Assembly (NCBI GenBank): GCA_043228905.1
Contig: JBHGNT010000103.1
Location: forward strand, 1-64,000
Length of the DNA stretch: 64,000 bases
Origin: Azolla caroliniana
Taxonomy: Eukaryota; Plantae; Polypodiophyta
Reading direction: 5' to 3'
Made by a program: the position numbers and the translations under genes. Below are positions 1-9,785 of the stretch, piece after piece (position 1 is the first letter of the stretch; each line of letters starts with the position of its first letter). A model generated the notes under the pieces. The model made no database searches. It worked only from the letters and a program-made list of their open reading frames with translations, and was not told the origin of the DNA.

Positions 1-597
1 GTTGTTTTTCTTAAGAGATTGTAAGGCTAGTGATAAGTGAGGTGCAATCCTAGTGGGTTTTAATTTGAGTGTATGAAGTGTGTCCCTAAAGATAGTTTGG
101 TGTTTAGATATAATGTTTTCTAAGGGAGTGTACTTAGTAGGAGGTTGCCAACTAGGGTTAGGTAGCTTAAAGGGATTTTGGGGCAAATTATCCACATCTT
201 TAAAAAAATGTTTAAGTCGAAGGGTCCTACTTAGGCTATCAAATTCTTTAAGTAGGGTAGGGGATGATGGTGGAGAAGATGGGAGGATGTGTTTCAAACC
301 TAGGCTAAGGAGTTGTGTCTCATGTTTAGAGAGGGAATAATTAGAGTGGTTGTGGATCCTACTAATTCTAGGTTTATTAAGGAGAGGTGTCCAAAATTTA
401 TTACGGGGTTTCCTACTATGGGTCTTTTTCACATATGGGGAGAAGGGAAAATTAGGTGTATGACGTCCTAACCACATGAAAGTATCTAAAGTAGAAGTAG
501 GTCTATCGAGAAGGTAAAAGAGACGTTTCGCGGGATGTATGGCGTGCCGAAACTGTTTACTATCGCGTTTGGCACGCCTAGCTACACGTTTTTTGTC
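1..597 (-). CDS. N-terminal part of the PLE protein (open frame running off the window edge; absent from the ORF track)
   Basis: Manual translation: ...RIHNHSNYSLSKHETQLLSLGLKHILP...KEFDSLSRTLRLKHFF...PFKLPNPSWQPP...LALQSLKKNN. This matches the conserved PLE pre-RT motifs (NLS..LS..E..LLSLGL; RxLRLK.FF; WQPP). In-frame ATG at 477; the frame opens just after a TGTTAG possible splice acceptor (AG at 599-598). Confidence 0.8.
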
Positions 598-1288
598 CTA
601 ACATTATTACATGGGAAAGTTTGTAGTTTTGTGGGAAGGGGCCGATTATTGTGAGTACGGATAGGTTGTTTTCTATGAGGGATTTCATATAAGTGTGGGG
701 GAAATTTTGAGGGTGCGGTAGAATATTGAAATCTACTAGAAGTAGAAGGGGAGTTATGAGTAAAGAAGGGGGGGGTATGTGTAGGAAATGCATGAAAAGG
801 GGGAGGGGTATAGTTTGGAAATAGGGAAACGTTGTGGGGGTTATTAGGGGGAAATGCATAGGGGCATGGTTAAAAAATGGGGGAGGGGTATGAGGGGGGT
901 TTATAGAAAATAAAGGGGGGGCATGCATCCAATTTGTAGGAAGTAAGGAGGGGGGGGGAGGGGCGTGATTAGGGTTAAACGAATATGGGAAGTGAGAGGG
1001 TATGTTTGAAATTGTCTGCAGGGATGGGGTGGGGAGGAGAGGAGGAGGAGGAGGGCCGCGAGGGAAAGACGGAAGGTCGTTCGTGCCATGGCTTGCATGA
1101 TCTCCTGCACAGCCGCCATGGGGATACACTTCTTGTCTTATGTTGGCACGTGTGCCGCTTCCAAAAGATGTACGGCCTTCGCATTTGATGGACCTCCCGT
1201 ATCGACCCGTAGGATAATCACCGCCACAGCTCATGTAGCCGCCGTTATGGTGTGACAATCGTCCACCATCGCCGCACGTGTAGCCGCT

Positions 1289-2671
1289 ATCGAAGTAAGA
1301 TCTTCTGACAAGAATGTTGGAGTGTGTGTTCTTGATAAGGACACGTACTATAACAAAGCTATAGAACACCTTTCTGATACTAATACATATAAAAAAGTCT
1401 CCCACTATCCACTTGAGGAATTATCCTATAGATTGAAAAACATTGTTAATAACCATCTTGGTACCCTATCCAACATAGAAGCCAATTACATACTACATAA
1501 ACCCTCAAAAGGGTACAAAGTATGCAATATCTATTTCCTCCCAAAACTCCATAAAAACCCAATAGGTTTTAGACCTATTTGCTCATACAATAACTCCCTT
1601 TTTGAACAAACATCAAAATGGCTTCACCACCAACTCATGCCTATCCTTCTCCTTCAAAAGCAATATTTGAAAGACTCACATTCCCTTGTCCAGACTTTAA
1701 AACATCTCAACCCACCCCCTAATAGCTTTATCTTCACCTTTGATGTTGAATCTCTATATCCCAGCATACCCCCTAGGTTAGGACTCCAAGCTTTACGAAA
1801 AATGATTACCCCACATTTTTCATCTTCTAAAACTAACCTTATCTATACACTTAGCGCACTCACATTAGAATATCACTTTCTATCCTTTGATGACATGATC
1901 TATCAACAAGTCAAGGGTACAGCCATGGGTAGTAATTTTTCTGTAGTTTATGCATGCCTATTCTTAGATCACTTAGAGAACTCCCAGCCATCACACCCTA
2001 ATCTTTTTTATTTCACTAGATATATAGATGATGCATTCGGGATATGGACAGGTACTAAACCCGAATTAGAAAATTACCTCCAGTTCTATAACACCTCCAC
2101 TAATAATTGCATCAAAATTACCATCACCACTTCTCCCTTTAGATTACCGTTCTTAGATTTATGGATTAACCTAAAGAATTCACATTTCTCCTTTAATTGC
2201 TACCAAAAGCCCCAAAATGCCTACCAATATCTCTCATTCTCGTCAGTTCACCCCCTTCACTTAAAACGTCATTTTATTATTAATGAACTAAAAAGATACC
2301 TAATTAGAGAAAGTACCCCCTTAGGTTTCCTTCGAATGAAAAAACTATTTTTTAGTAGATTAGTTAAGAGAGGGTATCCCCTTTCTTTTATATTAGAGAA
2401 TTATAAAAAGGTGCCATTTAACGCTAGGAAATCACTAGTATTTAGTAGAAAACCTAAAAGTACCCTTATACCTGTCATCTTCAAACTTAGGTATACGAAA
2501 GATACCCCTAGATTAGGAATTCACGACATGCTAGAAAACCTCCACGTAGATTTAGCCACACATCCCCAACTATCCGAACTACCACGACCCTTCATATGTT
2601 GGACTAAGTCTAAGTCCATTCATTCCCTTCTCGTCAAAACTAAATATAAATCCATAAAAACTCCCACTTAA
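1289..2671 (+). CDS. PLE reverse transcriptase (RT plus thumb), no C-terminal GIY-YIG domain
   Basis: Motifs IEVRSSDKNVGVCVLDK, YFLPKLHK..RPI, FDVESLYPSIP, QVKGTAMGS, RYIDD, LPFLD, YQKP...YLSFSSVHP and RGYP. The ORF stops after PFICWTKSKSIHSLLVKTKY, where the linker and endonuclease normally follow. Confidence 0.9.
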   Translation: MEVRSSDKNVGVCVLDKDTYYNKAIEHLSDTNTYKKVSHYPLEELSYRLKNIVNNHLGTLSNIEANYILHKPSKGYKVCNIYFLPKLHKNPIGFRPICSYNNSLFEQTSKWLHHQLMPILLLQKQYLKDSHSLVQTLKHLNPPPNSFIFTFDVESLYPSIPPRLGLQALRKMITPHFSSSKTNLIYTLSALTLEYHFLSFDDMIYQQVKGTAMGSNFSVVYACLFLDHLENSQPSHPNLFYFTRYIDDAFGIWTGTKPELENYLQFYNTSTNNCIKITITTSPFRLPFLDLWINLKNSHFSFNCYQKPQNAYQYLSFSSVHPLHLKRHFIINELKRYLIRESTPLGFLRMKKLFFSRLVKRGYPLSFILENYKKVPFNARKSLVFSRKPKSTLIPVIFKLRYTKDTPRLGIHDMLENLHVDLATHPQLSELPRPFICWTKSKSIHSLLVKTKYKSIKTPT

Positions 2672-2821
2672 TACTATATGCCTTTTATATCCCACCCCCA
2701 CACCCACCCCCACCTATCACTTATCATGTACATACATATAACCCCCCTCTAACCCACTTTCACTAACCAATCCATTACCTATCACAATTCCCCGTTTCCC
2801 TCTCTCCCATCATTAAACTCC

Positions 2822-2824
<3 letters not shown>

Positions 2825-2860
<36 letters not shown>

Positions 2861-2874
2861 TCCCCCTATATAAA
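2825..2874 (+). promoter_or_regulatory. (CT)n tract followed by TATATAAA box upstream of the hammerhead
   Basis: (CT)n at ~2825-2858 and TATATAAA at 2867-2874. The same arrangement recurs at 39302-39345. Confidence 0.5.
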
Positions 2875-2894
2875 CCTACCCTCTTGTTGTAAAT

Positions 2895-2946
2895 GACCTT
2901 GGCACTGATGAGCTCTACCTAGAGCGAAACTAGTTTGCACAAGGTC
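2895..2946 (+). ncRNA. Minimal type I hammerhead ribozyme
   Basis: Stem I GACCUUG-GCA / UGC-A-CAAGGUC; core CUGAUGA at 2905-2911; stem II GCUCU-ACCU-AGAGC; GAAA; palindromic stem III AC-UA-GU; predicted cleavage after GUU. Confidence 0.9.
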
Positions 2947-3215
2947 TTTCTAATGAAAATTTCTTAAGCTTTTCTCTTTTCTCTTTTCTCACTCACTCTT
3001 CTCTTCTTCTCTTCTTCTTTCATCTCATTCTCTCATTCTCTTTTACTCTTGGTCACCTCTAATCCTACTCACCTTAGTTTCACTTGCATCATTGCTTTAT
3101 TTCTTTTCTTACTCTTCCCATATCATCTCAATAGTTGTGCTAGTTCGCTCGCACTCCTTGTCACGATCCTACGGTCATAGCAAAAATCACAGAATTCTTG
3201 GCCACGTAACAAATT

Positions 3216-3605
3216 TGTTGGCCGGTCAGAAGAGCAAGGACAAGTGGGAAGGCGGAATCGGATCGGATAATAGGAAATAAATAATAGTAGAATTATTATT
3301 TGGAGGGACGGATCCGGTACAGTTGTACCGATCCGGATCCGGACCGATTCGGATGTCGGTTGCCTAAGCGCACCGATTGTAACCTTGCCGGATGCCTATA
3401 AAAGGATCCGATGATTTGTAAAGGGTTTTCACGGAAGTAATACAATAGTAATTATTGCGTGTTTATCTGTATCTCGTATTGTTTACCGTCTGTGCTTAAT
3501 TGTAATCATCTTACGTGTGTAACCTAGCATCCGATCCTTACCACCCCTTTGGAGAAGTGTCGGATAGACACCTGTGTTGAGGCTAGTCCGGCCAGACAGA
3601 CAACA
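3216..3605 (+). repeat. 5' LTR (390 bp)
   Basis: TGTTGG...CAACA, nearly identical to 12730-13119; TATAAAA at ~3397. Confidence 0.92.
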
Positions 3606-3611
3606 CTATTT

Positions 3612-3621
3612 TGGCGACCAC
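3612..3621 (+). promoter_or_regulatory. Primer binding site, probably tRNA-Arg
   Basis: TGGCGACCAC 6 nt after the LTR, complementary to a ...GUGGUCGCCA tRNA 3' end (as I recall for plant tRNA-Arg(UCG)). Confidence 0.6.
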
Positions 3622-3657
3622 GATTCCTGCAAAGTGCAGAGGACAACCGGGGGATGG

Positions 3658-6132
3658 ATGTCTAGACCAAACGACGACGACATCACCGAACGAGGGAGAC
3701 GATACACCGAACGCGAGCAACGACGGGAAGCCCTGCAGCAAGCCGTCGACGAGATCCGGCGGGATCGGTCATTCTCCAAAACTCTTCAGAGAGTCGCAGA
3801 AGAAGCACTGCAGTTCCGGGTTCTGCAAATCCCCGACGAAGGCAGTAGCATAACAAGCCTGCAAGAGGCAGAAACGATACCGCAGACGCTCGCCGGGGGC
3901 AACGGGGACTCGGAAGCATTCGCAACACTTGAGGCGGAGTCGGAAAGTGACGGAAGCGTTGCGTCCCGGTATAAAAGCAGCCACGACACACCAAACGACC
4001 GGGAGGACGAGGGGTCGGAAGACTCAGTAACATCGGCGCCAGAGGAAGAAATAACCCTGGAATTCGGTGACCGGCAATCGCCGAGGGAAGCTGACCGGAT
4101 ACCGACAACAACCGCGAAGGAACCGAAGGAGCGGATACCGACAACACCCGCGGAGGAACCAAAGGACCGGACACCGGCAACACCCGCGGAGGAACCAAAG
4201 GTTCTCACACCAACGCCAACAACGGACAGAGAGCGGAGGAAACAGGAGAGTCAATTGGACGACACGATGCCGTACCCATACCCAAAGTACCGGGATGAGG
4301 CCGACGCAGAGGCACACGTGTACGCATTCCTCCAAACATGGGAAGCCAACCATGTCTCCCAAAGACTGACGGAGCCCGAAGCCGAACGATCCAAAGTCGC
4401 CGAATTCGGCATAACCTTGGAAGGTCCGGCGGCCCGATGGCACGCAAAGCACTTACCGGGCAGCTTTGCCACATTCGATGCCTTGAAGGCCAGATTCCTC
4501 AGGCTTTTTCACAGACAATTTGAGCAAAGGGAATTGGTCGGGCAGTTCTACACCACCCGGCAGGAAGAGAACGAGACGGTGCCACAATTCATCATTCGGT
4601 TTCAGACCCTGCACAGCCAACTAACAAGAGCACCACCCGAAGACGAAGCCAAAGCAGTCTTTTTGGCCGCACTGAAAGAGCCACTTCGAACAATGTGCGG
4701 AGTCCTTGATTTCCAAACCAGCACAATGGACCAAGTTATTGATCGGGTTTTAGAAATGGACAAGACTAGCCCCTTCTTGTCGATGGGGATGTTACACCGG
4801 GCACTCCCAAAGGAGGAAGACCTGAGGTTCTGACAGGCCTTACAATGTACAACATGCCTAAATTCGGGGCACTCAACAGTAGACTGCACCCTGCGGACAC
4901 AATGTATGATCTGCAACTCTCGAGCCCATACAACGGACCGATGCGAATATAACCTGTTAAATCGGCAGGCAGCACCGGTTCGACACATAGAACCGCGCAA
5001 TCAGAACCCGGACGAGGATCGATTCCGGAGAGACGACCGCTACCAACGCGAACGCGGTAACAGATACGTTGATAGAAGACGCGACAACTATGACCGAGAG
5101 GAGAGACGCAGAGATAGCTACCCCTGGGACCCGTACGACCGAGACGAATCCCCGGAATACGACCGACGCAGAGAAGAGAGGCGACAAGGGAACCGAAATT
5201 TCCGACGGAATCAGAAGCGTGGATTTTTCCGAAGAGAGGAACGTCGGGAGGCAGCGAGGAATGACAACCCGGTATCGGTACCGGATAACCGAAAAACCGA
5301 AGACGACCGCTGGAGCATACCCACCCTCCAAACCGGGGACAAAGGAGAAACGAGCAACAGTCACAAGGTGTACTGTTATTACTGCCGTAAGGAAGGCCAC
5401 TATAGTAACCAATGCCCAAGCAAAACCAATGACAAGCAGCCGGAAGTCAACATGGTTACAGCCGAAATAACAGAAGTACAGCAGGTCACAACCCGGTCAA
5501 AGGGAAAGACCGCCGAGTGGGAAGCCCAGGAGGCAATCAGAAAACAAGCGGCACAATGGATCAAGGAGGCCAATGAACAGAATGCAGCAGAAGTAAGAGA
5601 CCAAAATATGCCAAAAGACGAAGAAATCATACAGCCAGGAGAAAACCCGACGTGGCAAGCGCTACAGGACTGTCAAATCGTGCTGCCATTAGCACGACTA
5701 CTACAGTTAGTGCCACGGTTTACGGCAGACCTACAGGCATCCGTCAGCAAACCGAAGCCAACGCCAGCACCGACATTCTTCTCCAACCCGGAGGAAGGAC
5801 CAGCGGTGGTCGATACAAGTAGCCCGGCGATCACGGCAATCGTGAAAGGAAAGGAAATTGCTGGAATGATTATTGACGAAGGCTCCGGGGTAAATGTCAT
5901 CAGCCAACAGATATGCAATGACCTGGGCATCCGGAAATGGGAACCATGCCCCTTCTGGTTACGCATGGCGGATACCAGCTTAGTCCGACCGATCGGGCTT
6001 ATCCGGGATTTGGAAGTAACGATCGGAGGCCACGTATTCCGGATATCGGCCGTGGTGCTGCAGCTGAATGTACAAGGCGCGTACCCCCTACTGCTAGGAC
6101 GACCATGGCTGCGAACGGCGCATATCAAGTAG
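3658..6132 (+). pseudogene. Gypsy gag-protease with in-frame stops
   Basis: Retrotrans_gag-like region, CCHC knuckles (CMICNSRAHTTDRC, CYYCRKEGHYSNQC), protease IIDEGSGVN...LLLGRPWL; stops at 4831 (TGA) and 6130 (TAG). Confidence 0.85.
4093..4202 (+). repeat. ~39-bp tandem repeat (about 3 copies) inside gag
   Basis: Encodes RIPTTTAKEPKE / RIPTTPAEEPKD / RTPATPAEEPK. Confidence 0.75.
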
Positions 6133-6147
6133 AGCTGGCAAAAGAAC

Positions 6148-9100
6148 ATGATCACATTCCGGCGAGGGAAAACAAAGGTACGAGTAACGACGCAACCACG
6201 GGTGATCACCAGTAAGGAAGCAACTCCATTGTATGCGGAAAGCATTAACATGTTGGAGGGATTACCGGACGAGGAAGTCGAGCGGTACCTCGAGGAACAC
6301 CCACGAATCGTCCCACTATTTGAGGTGGATATCACGGCGGCAGTAGAACCGTACATTACGACGCCGGATGAACCGGACCAAGCGGCGATCCGGGAACTGC
6401 GACAAGCGCAGGAATCCCTAGAGAGGGAAATGGCGATATCCCAGAGGGTAAAAGCATCCCAACTCGAGGAGGTGGACCTCGACACGGCAGACAAGCCCCG
6501 ACCGGTAAATGTTGCAAAGGAATTGCCGAAGGAAGAAAAGAAGGCAATGGTAGCATTATTAACAGACTTCAAGGATGTGTTTGCGTGGTCGTATGAAGAC
6601 ATGCGAGGGCTGGACCCCCAGCTCTATCAGCACCAAATTCACCTAAGTACGGACGCGAAACCGATCGCTCAACGCAGGTACCGGATGAATCCGAATTATG
6701 CGGCAAAGGTGAAGGAGGAAATTGATAAGCTCCTCCGGGTCGGATTTATCCGACCGGTCAAGCAGGCAACCTGGCTGAGTCCGATAGTGGTGGTCCCGAA
6801 AAAGAACGGCAAAATCCGGGTATGCGTGGACTACCGAAAACTAAATGCCGCAACAGTGACCGATGCGTTTCCACTACCATTTACGGACGGGGTGTTAGAT
6901 GCGGTAGCCGGCCACGAAGTTTACAGCTTCCTGGATGGATTTAGCGGCTACAACCAAATACGAATGAACCCGGCCGACCAGGAGAAGACAGCGTTCGTGA
7001 CGGAATGGGGAGTGTTCGTCGCGGTCGTGATGATGTTCGGACTAAAGACGGCTCCAACGACCTTTCAAAGGATAATAATGGAAATTTTCGGGGAATATAT
7101 CCCCGGTTTTATGCAGGTCTTCCTTGACGATTTCGCGGTCTACAGCCGGAACGGAGAGCATCTCGATCACCCCCGGCTGTGCTTGGAGAAGTGCCGCGAG
7201 TACCGATTGAGCCTGAACCCGGCCAAGTGCGTCTTCGGAGTGGCAAGCGGCAACTTACTAGGGCACGTGGTGAGTAAATAAGGTGGCATAGCCGGATGAT
7301 ACGGCACCTCGCAGACTTCGCTACACCGTTACATACCACCGTACATAGGGTACCCTTCCTATGGGCGGAGACGGAGGAGGAATCCTACAAAGCGTTGAAG
7401 GTTATGCTGTTGCAAGCTCCGGTGGTGCAACCGCCGGATTGGAGTAAAAGCTTTCACGTCTTAGTCGACGCGTCGGACGTAGCAATCGGCAGCGTTCTGA
7501 TGCAACTCACGGAGCCGAAATGGTACCGACCGGTGTACTACGCAAGCCGGAAACTCTCAAAAGCCGAACGGAATTACTCTACGACGGAACGCGAGGCATT
7601 GGGAATGGTGTATAGTGTCACAAAGTACAGGCACTATCTGCTCGGAAGGAAGTTTTCCTTCCATGTCGACCATTCGGCACTACTCTACCTGGTCTCGAAG
7701 GCATCCCTGACGGGAAAAATTGCACGGTGGACACTGCTGCTACAGGAATTTGAATTCGACATTTTCCATCGACCCGGGGCGCAGCATGCGGTAGCGGACT
7801 ACCTAAGCAGACTCGAATCCGGAGAAGCAGGGGACGGCGTCCAGGATGAGTTTCCCGACGCCGAATTGTTCCAGATCACGACGAAACCGGCAACGGATAC
7901 AACGGTAGCCGATGAAGACACATGGCTAACTGAGATGCATCAGTTCCTGAGCACCGGAGTTCCCCCGGAGAACATGGACCGCGATGAAAGGAAAAGGGTA
8001 GCAGTAAGAAGCAGACATTTCTGCTTGGTTGGAGACACCCTCTATCACAAGGGGGCAGATGGCATCTGGAGACGAGCAGTGCGGAGCGATGAGAAGGATC
8101 TAATCCTCAGGGAAGCCCACTGTGGAATTGCCGGCGGGCATTATGCCGGCGACGCAACCGCTCGGAAAATATGGCAGAGCGGACTATGGTGGCCGACCAC
8201 CCTAAAAGATGCCGTGAAGTATAGCAGAGAATGCGATTTGTGTCAACGACTGGGCCAACCCACAGAGCAGGCCCGGATGCCACACCACCCGGTCTTGCCC
8301 TTGGAACTGTTTCAAAAGTGGGGGTTGGACTTTGTCGGCCCCTTTAAACCACCGGCAATGCGAACCGGAAATCGGTATGTCATAGTGGCAACCGACTATT
8401 GCACCAAATGGCTAGAAGCAAAGGCCTTACGGGACAACACGGCCGCGTCCACGGAAAAGTTCCTGTACGAGTGCATATGGTGCCGGTATGGTTGCCCGAT
8501 CGAGCTTATAAGTGACCAAGGAGGGCATTTTCTCGGGCAGGTAGTAGAAAGCCTGACGTCATTTTACGCGGTGGTACATAAAAAGAGTACACCCTACTAC
8601 CCTCAAGCCAATGGACTAGCGGAATCAACGAACAAAACTCTGCAGAACATCCTACGAAAAATCGTCAACGAGAACCGGACCGACTGGGATACGAAATTGC
8701 AAAGCGCGCTATGGGCGTACCGAACAACGTACAAAACCAGCATCCGGACAACCCCGTTCCGACTAGCATTCGGGTTAGAAGCGGTCATGCCGGTAGAGTT
8801 CCAGATCCCAAGCTTACGGATTCAGGTGAAGGAGCGCTTAAGTGAGAACGAGTCCGAACGAATCCGGCTGGCGACGTTGTTGGAATTAGAAGAAAACCGA
8901 ATAGCCAGCTTACTACAACTCGAACTGGAGCAAAGGAGGAGAAAAGCTTTCGTAGACCGACACCGGCGTGGCAATGAAAAGGAGTTCGAAGTCGGGAAAC
9001 CGGTGCTACTATTCCAGACACGGATGGGGAACATGCCGGGAAAGTTACGGTTTCGATGGACCGGACCGTTCTGGATCACCAAGGAGTACAATGGGTCGTA

Positions 9101-9371
9101 TCAGCTCGGCACGTTATCTGGAGATGTCATCGGCAAGTGGGCAAATGGATTTCGGCTAAAGCCGTATAAGGGAAATATGCCAGCCAACCCGTTCAAGCAA
9201 AACCCGAAAATCCGGCAAGATGAGGAACTGACACCGACAGACGCTGCTGAAGATATTCGGACCGAGGAAGAACCGACACCGATACTGACAAAGACTATCT
9301 CGGAAAACCGACAGAAGGATCCGGTATCCACACAAACCGACCCGAACAAATCGGGGGGGACAAGCAAATGA
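6148..9371 (+). pseudogene. Gypsy pol (RT, RNase H, integrase) broken near 7280
   Basis: WLSPIVVVPKK..RVCVDYRKLN, LDGFSGYNQI, FLDD, VDASD, EREAL, HHCC zinc finger, WGLDFVGP, SDQG, GPF. A stop and an apparent deletion/frameshift lie at 7279-7296. Confidence 0.9.
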
Positions 9372-9785
9372 CGTGGTCCAAACAAAGGAAAAAATAAAAA
9401 ATAAAAAATAAAAATAAAAAAATCGACGCGAATCATAGTAATGATGGGGAGATCACAAGAGGTGGGAGCGCCACCATGCAACGAAGAGGCGCCATGCATT
9501 AAAGAAGGAAGTGCGCGTACTTGCTATTTAAAGCATGGAACGTGGGCACTCACACGCGGCAAACAAGAAAGGACTTACTAATTATGGCGGGAGAGGAACA
9601 TGCGCGGGAAACGAAAAAAGGGCGGCTCGAGGCAAAAGCCACTATATAAGACACAGGCCTGCGAAGGGCTCACTTTTTACGAATTTTCCTACATACAGGC
9701 GCAGAAGCACAGAAGAGCGATCCGACGCACAGAGCACACACAACGCGATCCCGAACAACAGGCAGCAGAAGAAGAATTCGAAACA

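Larger units (their letters stand above)
1..3130 (+). mobile_element. Penelope-like retroelement (PLE) with inverted 5' segment, RT ORF, C-rich 3' region and hammerhead ribozyme
   Basis: PLE N-terminal motifs on the minus strand (1-597), PLE-type RT on the plus strand (1289-2671), and a hammerhead at 2895-2946. The right boundary is approximate; the left end lies outside the window. Confidence 0.85.

Noticed and set aside
578-1405. 275-aa Pro/His-rich ORF on the minus strand
   Set aside because: It crosses the inversion junction and translates low-complexity C-rich sequence; it is not credible as a single protein.
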